Below, piece after piece: positions 1-10,016 of a stretch of 64,000 nt of DNA. Each line of letters starts with the position of its first letter. The stretch's first letter is position 1. Both the position numbers and the translations under genes were made by a program. The notes under the pieces are model-generated. The model saw nothing but the letters and a program-made list of their open reading frames with translations, made no database searches and was not told the DNA's origin. Source of the stretch: an uncultured delta proteobacterium (lineage in GTDB: Bacteria > Myxococcota > Myxococcia > Myxococcales > Anaeromyxobacteraceae); NCBI GenBank assembly GCA_963766715.1, contig CAVYBH010000015.1, positions 1 through 64,000 on the forward strand, in the 5' to 3' direction.

Positions 1-78
1 GGGTTTCTCGATTGCCATGGTGGGCTCGGCGAGTGCGCAGAGGGCGAGGAAGACGGCGGGCGTCGTGAAGCGCTTCAT
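1..78 (-). CDS. N-terminal fragment of an exported protein, possibly SOUL heme-binding family (runs off window edge)
   Basis: ATG at 78 overlaps the TGA of the upstream gene (ATGA). Translates MKRFTTPAVFLALCALAEPTMAIEKP: a signal peptide followed by AIEKP, resembling bacterial SOUL N-termini. Only 26 codons are visible. Confidence 0.35.
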   Translation of the reverse strand, partial: MKRFTTPAVFLALCALAEPTMAIEKP

Positions 79-710
79 CGCGAGACCAGCGGCCAGGCCA
101 CGAGGACGGCCAGATCCCAGGAGGCGTGGGTGAGAACCGCCGGCCAGAGCGACCGGCCGGCCACTCGCAACAGGCCCCAGGTGAATCCACATCCGGCCGC
201 GAGCGCGCCCAGCAGGAGCGACCCGGACGCGAGGCTGGCCGCCCCGTAGAGAAGGGCCACGGCTGCCACGTGAGCCAGGGCACGGCCATCCAGTCGAGCG
301 CGGTCCGGCCCGGCGTCCACGTCTGCGAGTGGCCGGCCTCGCCAGACCACCTCCTCGCAGAAGGAGACCACGACCACCAGCGCGCCGAGCGCGAGAGGGC
401 GGTACCCGGCGGAGTTCAGCACGCCGTAGAGGCCACGGGTCGCACCAGGCAGCGCGGGGAAGAGCGGGACGAGCACCCGGTAGAGACCGTACGTCGCCCC
501 GGCCATGGCCACGCCACCTGCCGCGCCGAGTGCCAGGGCCCCGGCGCGGGGCCGGAGGAGCCGCCGCGTGCCGGGATCGCCAACGACGAGCCTCGCCGCC
601 GCCAGCGACGCCAGGATGGCGAGCGGGGTCCAGCTTCCGGCGAATCCCACCCAAGCGAAGCCCAGCAGCCAGCAGGCAACGGCGATGGGGAGGTCCAGTC
701 GGGGTGACAT
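75..710 (-). CDS. CPBP/Abi (CAAX protease-like) intramembrane glutamic endopeptidase
   Basis: Hydrophobic protein from MSPRLDLP with an EExxWRG motif (FCEEVVWRG) and C-terminal HxxxD (THASWD). Confidence 0.8.
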   Translation of the reverse strand: MSPRLDLPIAVACWLLGFAWVGFAGSWTPLAILASLAAARLVVGDPGTRRLLRPRAGALALGAAGGVAMAGATYGLYRVLVPLFPALPGATRGLYGVLNSAGYRPLALGALVVVVSFCEEVVWRGRPLADVDAGPDRARLDGRALAHVAAVALLYGAASLASGSLLLGALAAGCGFTWGLLRVAGRSLWPAVLTHASWDLAVLVAWPLVSR

Positions 711-743
711 GTGCAGGTGGACTGTAGCAAGGTGTGAGGTGTC

Positions 744-1730
744 ATGCCTGAGCGGGTCCTTCTCACTGGCGCAACGGGCTTCATCGGCCAGAACCTGCAC
801 GCCCCGCTCCTGAAGGCCGGCCATTCCGTCCGCTGCCTGACGCGGAGGTCCGATGAGGCGCGCTCTCGGTGGCCCGACCGCGACTGGGTCGGCGGTGACG
901 TCGGCGATCCTGGGTCCCTGGTGCGCGCGATGGAAGGCTGCGGGACCGCGTACTACCTCGTCCACGGCATGGCCTCCGCGAGGCCGGGCTGGGCCGAGGA
1001 CGAGCTACGCTGGGCGAAGGACTTCGCCCAAGCCGCCGGCGAGGCCGGCGTCCGGCGAGTGATCTACCTGGGTGGCGTGGCGCCTCGCGGCGAGCCCTCC
1101 GAGCATCTGCGCTCGCGGCTCGATACGGGCGAGGTCCTTCGCGGCGGCCCGGTGCCGTGCCTGGAACTGCGCGCCGGGATGATCATCGGGGCCGGCAGCG
1201 CGTCCTGGACCATCGTGCGCGACCTCGCAGCACGGCTGCCCGCCATGGTCCTGCCGGCGTGGCTCGCCTATCGAAGCGAGCCGGTGGCAGTCGACGACGT
1301 CGTGGCCGCGCTGGTCGCGGGGATGCGGATCGAGCTTCCCGCGAGCACCTGGTGGGACATCCCGGGCCCCGAGCCTCTCTCCGGGAAGGAGATCCTCCTG
1401 CGGGTCGCCGCGGTGATGGGTCGAAGACCCATCCTCCTGGAGGTCCCGCTCGTCACCCCGCGCCTCTCTTCCCACTGGATCCGGCTGGTCACGCGCGCCG
1501 ACTACAAGCTCGCCCGGGAGCTCGTCGAGGGGCTGACGAGCGACCTGCTGGCGACCCGGCCGGGCTACTGGGCCGCTGCGGGCCTTCCGCCGCCCATGCC
1601 ACTCGAGGAGGCGGCCCGCCGGGCGCTGGCCGCCGAGGCCGGGACGCTGCCGTTCCGCGGACGGCTCGCCGAGGCCGTCGCCGGACTTCTCTCCCGGCGC
1701 GCCCGGCCGGGCCCTCCCGCCGGCCGTTAG
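744..1730 (+). CDS. NAD(P)H-binding atypical SDR oxidoreductase (YbjT-like)
   Basis: LLTGATGFIG Rossmann motif, AYYLVH, SEHLRSR, ELRAGMIIGAGSAS. Confidence 0.85.
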   Translation: MPERVLLTGATGFIGQNLHAPLLKAGHSVRCLTRRSDEARSRWPDRDWVGGDVGDPGSLVRAMEGCGTAYYLVHGMASARPGWAEDELRWAKDFAQAAGEAGVRRVIYLGGVAPRGEPSEHLRSRLDTGEVLRGGPVPCLELRAGMIIGAGSASWTIVRDLAARLPAMVLPAWLAYRSEPVAVDDVVAALVAGMRIELPASTWWDIPGPEPLSGKEILLRVAAVMGRRPILLEVPLVTPRLSSHWIRLVTRADYKLARELVEGLTSDLLATRPGYWAAAGLPPPMPLEEAARRALAAEAGTLPFRGRLAEAVAGLLSRRARPGPPAGR

Positions 1731-1752
1731 GGACCCTCGTAGTACGGGTCCC
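1730..1752. terminator. Hairpin between convergent genes, possible bidirectional terminator
   Basis: GGGACCC...GGGTCCC inverted repeat filling the gap between two stop codons; no U-tract. Confidence 0.35.
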
Positions 1753-1753
1753 G

Positions 1754-2212
1754 CTACTTGCCGGCGGGGAAGAACGTGCTCTGGGAGGCCACTGCCTGCC
1801 AGTGCCCCTTGCGCTTCACGAAGACGTCGGTCCACGTGTAGCGCCCGCTCGTGTCCTTGCCCTTGTAGGAGCTCTTCTCCTCGTCGCTCCCGGTGACGAC
1901 GGCGGTGTCGCCATAGATGCGCACCTTCATGTCCCCGAGCGTGATCGACTCGATCTTGGAGTCGCCGGACTTGAGATCGGCGAGGGCCTGGGCCTTGGTC
2001 GCCGCGCCGGTGGGCCCCTGGCCGACCCAGTCGTCGGCGAGGATCTTTCCGAGCGCCGTGGCGTCCGCCTTCGCGCTGGCCTGCGTCCAGTCGCGTTCGA
2101 GCTGCAGCAATTCCTTCTCGTCCTTGGCGGTGTCCTTGGCGACCGCGAGTCCGGGAACGGCCCCGGCGACGGAGAGACCGACGGCGAGCGCGACCAGGGC
2201 GAGTCGTTTCAC
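1754..2212 (-). CDS. Exported NTF2-like (DUF4440) protein
   Basis: Signal peptide, then LLQLERDW...KVRIYGDTAVVTG...WTDVFVKRKGHWQAVASQ. RBS AAAGGTAGGA before the GTG. Confidence 0.85.
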   Translation of the reverse strand: MKRLALVALAVGLSVAGAVPGLAVAKDTAKDEKELLQLERDWTQASAKADATALGKILADDWVGQGPTGAATKAQALADLKSGDSKIESITLGDMKVRIYGDTAVVTGSDEEKSSYKGKDTSGRYTWTDVFVKRKGHWQAVASQSTFFPAGK

Positions 2213-2350
2213 GTGGTCCTACCTTTCATCTGTGAGGGAGGAGTTCAGACTCCCGGTTAAGTCCACCCCCTATCCAGGGAGTCGGGGCGTTGCACGGAAT
2301 CTCGGCCGCACCCGGGGAGGTCCCCCCGATTGCGTGAGGTACACTGCCGC

Positions 2351-3877
2351 ATGCCCTCGCGCCTCCGCCCCTGGCTGGCGCCGGCCATCCTGGCGGCCTC
2401 GGCGATCCTGCTGCACCTGGCGTGCGGCGGACGCTACGGCTTCTTCCGCGACGAGCTGTACTTCGTCGCCTGCGGCAAGCGCCTGGCGTGGGGCTACGTC
2501 GATCAGCCTCCTCTCATCGCCGCCGTGGCGCGCCTGGGCTGGTGGCTCTCGGGCGAGGGCAGCTCGGTGCTGGCCTTCCGGTTGCCGGCGATGCTGGCGC
2601 ACGCCGCCACCGTCCTCGTGGCCGCGGCGCTGGCGCGCCAGCTCGGGGGTGGCGCACCGGCCATGGCGCTCGCCTCGGCAGCGGTGGCCGTGTCCGCGGT
2701 GAACCTGGCCCAGGGCCACCTGCTCACCATGAACGTCTTCGAGATCCTCCTCTGGAGCGGCACGGCGCTGACCGCGCTCCAGGCCGCGGGTGGGCGACCG
2801 CGTCGATGGCTCTTCGCCGGCGCGCTCCTGGGGCTCGCACTCCTCACCAAGTACTCCGCCGGCTTCCTGGCGCTGGCGTTGCTCGCCGGGCTGCTCGCGA
2901 CGGGCGCACGGCGCGAGCTCGGCTCCCGGTGGCTGTGGGCCGGCGCCGGCATCGCCGCGCTCCTGGCCTTGCCCGCGGCACTCTGGCAGTGGCGAAACGG
3001 GCTGCCCTTCCTGGAGCTGATCCGCAACGGCCAGCTCTACAAGAACGAGCCGCTCTCGGCCGGGCAGCTCCTCGGCGGCATCGTGCTGGAGGAAGGGCTC
3101 CTGGGGTTCCCGCTGGCCGTGCTGGGCCTCGGCGCCCTCCTCTTCCGGCGAGACGACGGCCCATCCCGGGTGCGATTCCTCGGCGTTGCGCTGGGGCTCG
3201 TCGCCGTCGCGCTCGTGGTGCTCGGCGGCAAGCCCTACTACTTCGCACCGCTCTTCCCGCCGCTGTTTGCGGCAGGCGCGCGGGAGCTGGAACGGCGTCT
3301 CCCGTCTCCCTCCTGGCGATGGGCGGTGGTGGCGTCCGTCCTGCTCCTCGGCGTTCCCGGCGTGCCCGTGGCCATCCCCTTGCTGCGGCCCGAGGCGCTC
3401 GTGACCTGGCAGGAGCGGCTCGGCGTGGCGCCGCCCCGGCTCGAGCGCTCCCACACCGCGCCCATCTCGCAGCACTTCGCCGATCAGTTCGGCTGGGAAG
3501 AGCGGGTGGCGGCCGTGGCAGCCGCCTGGGCCCAGCTGCCCGAGACCGACCGGGCGCGCGCGGTCATCTTCACCACGAACTACGGCCGGGCCGCCGCCAT
3601 CGAGCTCCTGGGCCGGTCTCTCGGGGTGCCCCGGCCGATCTCCGGCCACAACAACTACTTCTTCTGGGGCCTACCACCCGGCCCGCACGACGTGGTGCTG
3701 GCGGTGGGCGGCCGGGCCGAGGACCACGCTCGATCCTTCGCCGAGGTGGTGGTGGTGGGCCGCACGCCCGTCATCCCGTACGGGATCCCGGACGAATCGA
3801 GCATCCCCATCTACCTGCTGCGCCGGCCGACCCGCCCGCTGGCCGAGTCCTTCCAGGGGGCGAAGAGCTTCCAGTAG
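2351..3877 (+). CDS. Glycosyltransferase family 39 (ArnT/PMT-like) membrane protein
   Basis: YGFFRDELYF, LAWGYVDQPP, LLTKY, many TM segments, NYGRAAAI and ISGHNNYFFWG in the C-terminal part. Confidence 0.85.
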   Translation: MPSRLRPWLAPAILAASAILLHLACGGRYGFFRDELYFVACGKRLAWGYVDQPPLIAAVARLGWWLSGEGSSVLAFRLPAMLAHAATVLVAAALARQLGGGAPAMALASAAVAVSAVNLAQGHLLTMNVFEILLWSGTALTALQAAGGRPRRWLFAGALLGLALLTKYSAGFLALALLAGLLATGARRELGSRWLWAGAGIAALLALPAALWQWRNGLPFLELIRNGQLYKNEPLSAGQLLGGIVLEEGLLGFPLAVLGLGALLFRRDDGPSRVRFLGVALGLVAVALVVLGGKPYYFAPLFPPLFAAGARELERRLPSPSWRWAVVASVLLLGVPGVPVAIPLLRPEALVTWQERLGVAPPRLERSHTAPISQHFADQFGWEERVAAVAAAWAQLPETDRARAVIFTTNYGRAAAIELLGRSLGVPRPISGHNNYFFWGLPPGPHDVVLAVGGRAEDHARSFAEVVVVGRTPVIPYGIPDESSIPIYLLRRPTRPLAESFQGAKSFQ

Positions 3878-3931
3878 CGGACCGCCAACAACCGCTTGCG
3901 CGCACTCCACTCCAGCGGCAAGAGGTCCCCA

Positions 3932-5062
3932 ATGACGCCCAGCCGGAAGGTGTTGATCGTCGGGGCCGGACCGGGAGGCCTGGCGGTTGCAGCCGCGCTG
4001 GGATCCGCAGGCGTCCCGGCCATGATCGTGGAACGGGCCACCTCGGTGGGGTCGAGCTGGCGCGGCCACTACGACCGCCTCCACCTGCACACGGCTCGCT
4101 TCCTGTCCGGGCTGCCGGGGATGCCGATCCCGCGCCAGGCGGGGAGCTGGGTTTCGCGAGATGACTTCGTCTCGTATCTCGAGGCGTACGCGCTCCGTCA
4201 CGCCCTCGACGTCCGGACCGGAACGGACGCGCGGCGGATCGATCGGACGCCCAGCGGCTGGCGCGTCGCGACGTCGGCTGGGGAACTCGACGGGACCCAT
4301 GTGGTCGTGGCCACGGGATACAACCGCGTGCCCCTCCTCCCCGAGTGGCTCGGCCGGGATTCCTTCGCGGGCACCCTCGTCCACTCCAGCAGGTACCGTT
4401 CGGGCGCGGAGTACCGGGGCAAGGACGTCCTCGTGGTGGGAGCGGGGAACAGTGGCGCGGAGATCGCGGTGGACCTCGTCGAGCAGGGCGCTTCCCGCGT
4501 GAGGCTCTCGATCCGGCGCCCGCCGAACGTGGTGCTTCGCACCGTCGCGGGGGTCGTCCCATCGCAACTCGTCTCGATCCTGCTCTCGAAGCTTCCCCTG
4601 CCCTTCGCGGACGCCGTGGCCCGCGCGACGGCGCGGCTGACCATCGGCGATCTCCGCAAGCTGGGCCTCCCCGCGCCCGACCGGGGCATCTACACCGAGA
4701 TGATCCGGGACAAGCAGATCCCCATCATCGACGTGGGTCTCGTGTCGGCGCTGCGGGCGGGCCGGGTGGAAGTGGTTGCGGCGGTCGAGGCTTTCGACGG
4801 ACCGTCGGTGCGACTGCTCGGCGGAGGGTCGATCCACCCCGACGTGGTGGTCGCGGCCACGGGCTACCGTCCGTCGCTCGAGCCACTCGTCGGGCACCTG
4901 GGCGTGCTCGACGAGCATGGGCTACCCCGCGGGCATGGGGAGACCCAGGCTCCCGGGGCGCCGGGGCTCCACTTCGTGGGCTTCTCCAATCCTCCCACGG
5001 GCAACCTCCGCGAGATGTCCATCGACGCCCGACGCATCGCCCGGCGGGTGGCGCGGAGCTGA
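3932..5062 (+). CDS. Flavin-containing monooxygenase (class B, FMO/YUCCA-like)
   Basis: GAGPGG (FAD), WRGHYDRLHLH, FAGTLVHSSRY (FMO motif), GAGNSG (NADPH), two ATGY motifs. Confidence 0.9.
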   Translation: MTPSRKVLIVGAGPGGLAVAAALGSAGVPAMIVERATSVGSSWRGHYDRLHLHTARFLSGLPGMPIPRQAGSWVSRDDFVSYLEAYALRHALDVRTGTDARRIDRTPSGWRVATSAGELDGTHVVVATGYNRVPLLPEWLGRDSFAGTLVHSSRYRSGAEYRGKDVLVVGAGNSGAEIAVDLVEQGASRVRLSIRRPPNVVLRTVAGVVPSQLVSILLSKLPLPFADAVARATARLTIGDLRKLGLPAPDRGIYTEMIRDKQIPIIDVGLVSALRAGRVEVVAAVEAFDGPSVRLLGGGSIHPDVVVAATGYRPSLEPLVGHLGVLDEHGLPRGHGETQAPGAPGLHFVGFSNPPTGNLREMSIDARRIARRVARS

Positions 5063-5082
5063 CCGAGACGGTCCCGTCTGCC

Positions 5083-6606
5083 TCACACCGTCAGCAACCG
5101 GATCAGGCGCCCCAGGTCCGGAGCGAGCTCCATCCCGGCGACGATCTCGACGACGGGATCGACCTTCGCCCGCGGCCATCCGGCGAACGCGGCGCAGCCC
5201 CGGAACTTGTCGGCGACCTCGCCGAAGCTCATCGGGTCGCTCGGGCTGCCCTTCGCGAACTGGGCTCGACCGGAGATCACCGAGCCGTCGCGAAGCTGGA
5301 TTGCGAGGATGCTGGTCATCTTGTCGAAGCCGGCCCGCTCCGCCTCCGGATCGACGTGGAACCTCACGCGACGGATCATCCGCTGGACGTCCTCTCGCTG
5401 GACCACCTCGTCGCGGTACTCGGCAAGCCCCGCCCGCCGCTCCAGCAGCAGGATGGCGAGGCCGAACTCCATGCTGAACTTGGCCTGGAGCCCCGTGACC
5501 GGCTGGTGGTGCAGGAGAGTGGTGACCATCTTGCTGTTGCCGCCGACGTCGACACGCTCCACGTCCGCCGGCTCGAGGTCGTGCTTCCGGATGAGACGCA
5601 TCATCTCGCCCATGGCCGGGTGCGTGAGGGATCCCGAGGGATAGGGCTTGATGGAGACGCCGGGCGACGAGAAGGTCCATGGCCTTCCCAGCCGGCCCAT
5701 GATCGCCGCGGGATCGAAGCCGCCGCCGGCCGCCTGGAAGAAGCCGTGACGCGCCTCGAGGATGCGCGGGGACGCGGTCCAGCCCAGCGACGCGAGGTCG
5801 GCCGCCACGACGCCCGCCTCCGCCGCTCGCCCGGCGTGAAATGGCTTGGTCATCGAGCCGAAGTTCTCGCGCAACCCGCCGGACTCCGCGGCGGCCACGC
5901 CCAGGGCCTGCGCCGTTCGTGCCGGGTCGAGGCCTCGCAGCCTCGCGCTCGCCGCGGCGCTGCCGAACGGGCCGATGGTTCCCGTGGTGTGGAATCCGTC
6001 GCCGTAGTGCCGGGGCGAGATCGCCTCCGCGATCTTGCACTCGACCTCGACACCCAGGTGGAAGGCCGTGAGCAGTTCCTTCCCGGAGCGGCCTTCGGCC
6101 TCGCCCAGGGCGATCACCGCCGGCAGGACCGGTGCCGTGGGGTGCGTGAGCAGGCCGTAGACGCGGTCGGGGGCGGCGGCGAGCTGCGTGTCGTCGTAGT
6201 CGTCTGCGTGGACGAAGCAGCCGTTCGCGAAGGCCGCGAAGCGTGGCGACGTGCGGAGCGCCGTCCCGAGCACGCTGCTCCTCCCGGCGCTCGTGCACTG
6301 GGCCTCCAGGTACTTCCGCAGCGGCGGCGCCAGGCTCGAGACCGACCCTGCCAGCGCGAGCCCGAGGCCGTCCAGGATCGACTTCTTGCCGAGCGCGATC
6401 ACGTCGGGCGGAATGTCCTCGAAGCGTCCCTCGACGATGAACGCGGCGACGTGGCGCGTGACCTCCGGAGGAGCCACCGGATCCGCAGGCGTGCCTGTCC
6501 CGGTCGACCCGGGCGCGGCCCTCGCCACGCGCACCGCACCCGTGGCGCCGGCCAGGGCCAGGCCGGCAGTGATGATGGAGCTCCTGCAGAACTCGCGCCG
6601 CTTCAT
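5083..6606 (-). CDS. MmgE/PrpD family protein with twin-arginine signal peptide
   Basis: MKRREFCRSS Tat motif plus h-region; HADDYDD, GFHTTGTIG, NFGSMTKPFHAG, IKPYPSG, AKFSMEF, KGSP. Confidence 0.88.
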   Translation of the reverse strand: MKRREFCRSSIITAGLALAGATGAVRVARAAPGSTGTGTPADPVAPPEVTRHVAAFIVEGRFEDIPPDVIALGKKSILDGLGLALAGSVSSLAPPLRKYLEAQCTSAGRSSVLGTALRTSPRFAAFANGCFVHADDYDDTQLAAAPDRVYGLLTHPTAPVLPAVIALGEAEGRSGKELLTAFHLGVEVECKIAEAISPRHYGDGFHTTGTIGPFGSAAASARLRGLDPARTAQALGVAAAESGGLRENFGSMTKPFHAGRAAEAGVVAADLASLGWTASPRILEARHGFFQAAGGGFDPAAIMGRLGRPWTFSSPGVSIKPYPSGSLTHPAMGEMMRLIRKHDLEPADVERVDVGGNSKMVTTLLHHQPVTGLQAKFSMEFGLAILLLERRAGLAEYRDEVVQREDVQRMIRRVRFHVDPEAERAGFDKMTSILAIQLRDGSVISGRAQFAKGSPSDPMSFGEVADKFRGCAAFAGWPRAKVDPVVEIVAGMELAPDLGRLIRLLTV

Positions 6607-7592
6607 CGGGGATCCCTCGAGAGGAGTCGAACCGCGTTCTCCGTTCCCATGGAACGCTGGAGGTCCGGAGGGAGGAGCTGGAGGAGCGCGGCGATCGCCT
6701 CCCATCGCTGTGGGCCGGCGGCCGGCTCGGGGTAGTGCTGATCCGAACCCATCACGAACCGGTCCGGGAAGTCGCGGAACAGCTGGAGCCACTCCGGGCT
6801 GACGGATGGCCGCGGGCCAGGGAGGAGCACCGGGTTCCTTCCCGGGCTCCCGGGATCGACCTTCACGTCCATGTAGAGATTGGGATGGGAACGCAGGAGC
6901 CGCCGGCACAGCTCGGGCGTTCGATCGCCGGTGCGATCCCAGCCCGCGTGCGCCCAGACGATCCGGGCCCGGGGATTGTGCGCCAGGAGCCGCTCCAGTC
7001 CGGCGATGTTGGCCGCCAGCTCCGGCTTGCCCGGCAATGGCCCGACCCCGGCGGGCACCGGCATGGCGTGGGCGATCGCCTCCATGTGCAGGACGATCGG
7101 CACCCGGTGCTCGGCTGCGACGTCGGCGAGCAGGAGGAAGAGCGGATGGTCGGGCGGCGCCGACTCGTACGGCGTCGCCCCCGGGAAATGCTCGGCCGCC
7201 AGTTCCCCGAAGCCCGAGATGCCCTGTCGCAGCAACTGCTCGGCGCGCTCCCGGAAACGGCGCTGGACCTCCGGGCCGGCCTGCCCCGTCCGCACCGCCT
7301 CGTGGATCATGGGATTGAGCGTCCCGCCCCCTCCGAAGACCACCAGCCTGTCCGCGTGGCCCTCGATGACCGGCAGGAGCAGCTCCGCGTCGTAGCGGGC
7401 CGGGTCGTCGGCCGTGAAGGGCGGGGGCTGGAAGACGAGCCTGGTCGCGTTCTCGCGCGGCATGGCGCGGAGCGCGGCCCGGGCGCCCGCCGCGGGGTCG
7501 CCGGTCTCGAGGTGCGTGTGCAGGTCCACGAATGGGACCAGGGACGCCAGTCCGAGCAGGAGGAACCTCGGGAATGCGGGGCTCGGTTCCAT
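6603..7592 (-). CDS. Amidohydrolase family (amidohydro_2) metal-dependent hydrolase
   Basis: DLHTH, GFGE, VLHME, VWAHAG, DRFVMGSD. Stop overlaps the next start (ATGA). Confidence 0.8.
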   Translation of the reverse strand: MEPSPAFPRFLLLGLASLVPFVDLHTHLETGDPAAGARAALRAMPRENATRLVFQPPPFTADDPARYDAELLLPVIEGHADRLVVFGGGGTLNPMIHEAVRTGQAGPEVQRRFRERAEQLLRQGISGFGELAAEHFPGATPYESAPPDHPLFLLLADVAAEHRVPIVLHMEAIAHAMPVPAGVGPLPGKPELAANIAGLERLLAHNPRARIVWAHAGWDRTGDRTPELCRRLLRSHPNLYMDVKVDPGSPGRNPVLLPGPRPSVSPEWLQLFRDFPDRFVMGSDQHYPEPAAGPQRWEAIAALLQLLPPDLQRSMGTENAVRLLSRDPR

Positions 7593-7706
7593 GCCCTCCT
7601 GTTATCGCGCGGGCGGCCCCGCCGCAGCCGTCCCGGATTGGCGGGTCGAATCCCGGAAGCGCCCGGGCGCGGGGCCGTTATGCGAGCCGCCCAAGGAGAG
7701 CGGCCC

Positions 7707-8078
7707 ATGAGCGTCGTGAAGTTCGTCCGGCTCCATTCCGACGTCCGAGGGGAGTCCCACATGGACCCTCAGGAGCTCGCCATCAAGTCCTCCGGGTTCG
7801 CCCCGCCCGCACCGCCTCTTGGCGTCTCGTCGATGGAGCCCGCCGCCGGTTGGCGATTCCTGCAACTGCCGTCCGGGTGGATCGGGGATTGGCATCCCTC
7901 GCCGAAGCGGATGTGGATCTTCTGCCTCGACGGCGAGATGGACTTCGAGTCGAGCGACGGCGCCGTGCTCCGGGTGAAGCACGGCAGCGCGATGCTCCTG
8001 GAAGACACGTCCGGCAAGGGGCATCGAAGCCGGGTGGTGGGCGACCGCGACGCCCTCCTCGTCGCCGTGCAGCTGTAG
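7707..8078 (+). CDS. Cupin domain protein
   Basis: RBS AAGGAG; GESH, DWHPSPKRMW...LDGEMDFE, LLEDTSGKGHRS. Confidence 0.8.
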   Translation: MSVVKFVRLHSDVRGESHMDPQELAIKSSGFAPPAPPLGVSSMEPAAGWRFLQLPSGWIGDWHPSPKRMWIFCLDGEMDFESSDGAVLRVKHGSAMLLEDTSGKGHRSRVVGDRDALLVAVQL

Positions 8079-8210
8079 GGTTGGTGAGGAAACCCTTACG
8101 CCCCAGGAGAGGAGCGCAGTGCTTCGGGCTTGCGATTGAGCAGGCCGGCGGTAGGTGCTGCCGTGGCCGCACCTGGGAGGGAGCGTGCCGCACGAGAAAA
8201 GGAGATGCAC

Positions 8211-8675
8211 ATGGCTACCGTGTCCACCCAGCCCGGCTCTGCTCCGCAAGTCTCGACGCCCACCATCGAACCGTCCCTCGCCGACATCTGCAAGAAGTTC
8301 AACGCTGCGTTCAACCGGGCCGACGTGAAGGAGGTCGCCGGCTTCTGGGAGTCTGACGGCACGCTCATCGGGCCGACCGGGAACAGGGGTATCGGGCGCT
8401 CCGGCGTGGAGAAGGTCTACGCGGACGACTTGAACCAGTTCCTCCGGGGAACCACCTCCACGTTCACGATCGAGAGCGTCAGGCCGATGGGGCGCGACCT
8501 CGCCTTGCTCGACCTGGACCACGTCATCCAGGGCGCGCGGTTGCCCGATGGGACCACCGGCACCATGAAGCTGCACACCGTCATCCTCGCCCGCCGGCAA
8601 GGCACGGAGTGGCGCTGGCTCGACGCACGTCCCTACGGCTTCCTGCCATCGAGGCCGGCGACGTCCATGCACTGA
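8211..8675 (+). CDS. NTF2/SnoaL-like protein (SgcJ/EcaC or DUF4440 type)
   Basis: RBS AAAGGAG; FNAAFNRADVKEVAGFWESDGTLIGPTG...GRSGV, then a C-terminal beta-sheet ending EWRW. Confidence 0.8.
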   Translation: MATVSTQPGSAPQVSTPTIEPSLADICKKFNAAFNRADVKEVAGFWESDGTLIGPTGNRGIGRSGVEKVYADDLNQFLRGTTSTFTIESVRPMGRDLALLDLDHVIQGARLPDGTTGTMKLHTVILARRQGTEWRWLDARPYGFLPSRPATSMH

Positions 8676-8695
8676 GTCGGGGGACACCGGGGCGA

Positions 8696-9184
8696 TCAGG
8701 GCGTCGTGGGGTCGGCCTGATCGCCGCCGTACACGGCCGGCTCCCCGAGGCTGCCGGCTGGCGGGAGGCGCCGGATGTAAAGGACGATCCTCCAGATCTC
8801 CGGCTCGCTCAGGACACCTGCCGCCGCCGGCATCCCGGAGGGGGAGAGCCCGTTCCGGATGATCCAGTGAAGTTGCCCGTCCGTGTAGGCCTGCACGTCC
8901 TGCCCCCCGAGATCGGGCACGGGGGGCGACATCGCGCGAGCGAAGGGCACGCCGGTGCCGTGGCCGTCGAGCCCGTGGCAAACCATGCAGTAAGACCCGA
9001 AGGCGTCCTGGCCGCGTGAGACCTCCTCGGGGTTCGCGGCGAACGGATTCACGTCGGCTGCGCCGCCCACGGTGAGGTGCCGCTTCACCTGGGCCGCGAC
9101 TGCGCTCTCGAGTGCCCCGGGCGGCGAGACCTTGCAGGATCCCAGCAGCACGAGCACCGCCACCCAGGGAACTCGTCCTGCCAT
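8696..9184 (-). CDS. Monoheme cytochrome c lipoprotein
   Basis: Lipobox LLGSC, CMVCH heme motif, DGQLHWIIRNG...SGMPA. Confidence 0.88.
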   Translation of the reverse strand: MAGRVPWVAVLVLLGSCKVSPPGALESAVAAQVKRHLTVGGAADVNPFAANPEEVSRGQDAFGSYCMVCHGLDGHGTGVPFARAMSPPVPDLGGQDVQAYTDGQLHWIIRNGLSPSGMPAAAGVLSEPEIWRIVLYIRRLPPAGSLGEPAVYGGDQADPTTP

Positions 9185-9256
9185 CGTCGCGTCCTCCCGG
9201 TCACCCTTCCCAAACGGGGAGCGGGCGACTTGGTTCCCTGGGCGCCGGCGGGAACT

Positions 9257-9987
9257 CTACCGCCCCGCCCTCCACCCCGCGTCCCACCCGAACGCCCGTC
9301 GCGCCTTCTCGCTCGACACCGCACCGTCCGCCTCCGCGACGTTGTAGATGCCCGGGGCCCCCTGGGTGAGCGCCAGCTCGGTGGCCTTCGCCGCGGCGTC
9401 GACGTGCACCGAGCCCGGGGCGATGGGTGCGTCGAAGCCGGAGCCCGGGCCGTAGAACAGGCCGAATCGGAGGACGATCCCGTCGAGGGGCGCCTCGAGC
9501 ACCTGGCGCTCGAGACGGAGGACGCCGGTCACCGTGCCGCCGTAGGCCGCGTGCGTCTCCGGCAGCAACGGGTCCTCCTCGCGGTGTGGCAGCGGCCCCT
9601 CCGCGTAGATGAAGGAGATGCTCTGGGCGACGAGGCGCCTGGCGCCGGCGTGGACGGCGGCCGCACGAGGTTGCGCGTGCCCTCGTCCCGCAGGCGCGCG
9701 TTGCGCACCAGGGCCTCGGCCATCTTGCTCGCGTCGAGCGCGAAGGGCAGGTCGGTGAGCTGGTGGATCACGATCTCCGGGCGATGCCCGGCCACGGCGT
9801 CCCGCAGCGCCTGGGCGTCGAAGACGTCGACCACGACCGGCTCGACGCCCATCTCGCGCAGGAGCGGCGCCTTGTCCTTCGACCGCGTGGAGCCCACCAC
9901 CCGCCAGCCGCTGGCCACGAGAAGGGGGGCGAGACGCCGGCCGATGGCTCCGGACGCACCTGCGAGGAAGATGCACTTGTTTGCCAT
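9257..9987 (-). CDS. NAD-dependent epimerase/dehydratase (one frameshift near 9655)
   Basis: IFLAGASGAIG and IHQLTDL in ORF 9529..9987, continuing as RRLVAQSIS...LRFGLFYGPG in ORF 9257..9976. Confidence 0.8.
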
Positions 9988-10016
9988 GAGGTGACTCCTG
10001 GGTGTTCGATGCTCAT

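Noticed and set aside
75..710. CPBP/Abi protein as bacteriocin immunity or abortive-infection defence
   Set aside because: There is no bacteriocin or defence context. Its neighbours are an SDR and an exported protein.
8079..8210. Riboswitch in the leader of the NTF2-like gene
   Set aside because: Only short GC stems (AGGTGC/GCACCT) are present, with no recognisable aptamer consensus.
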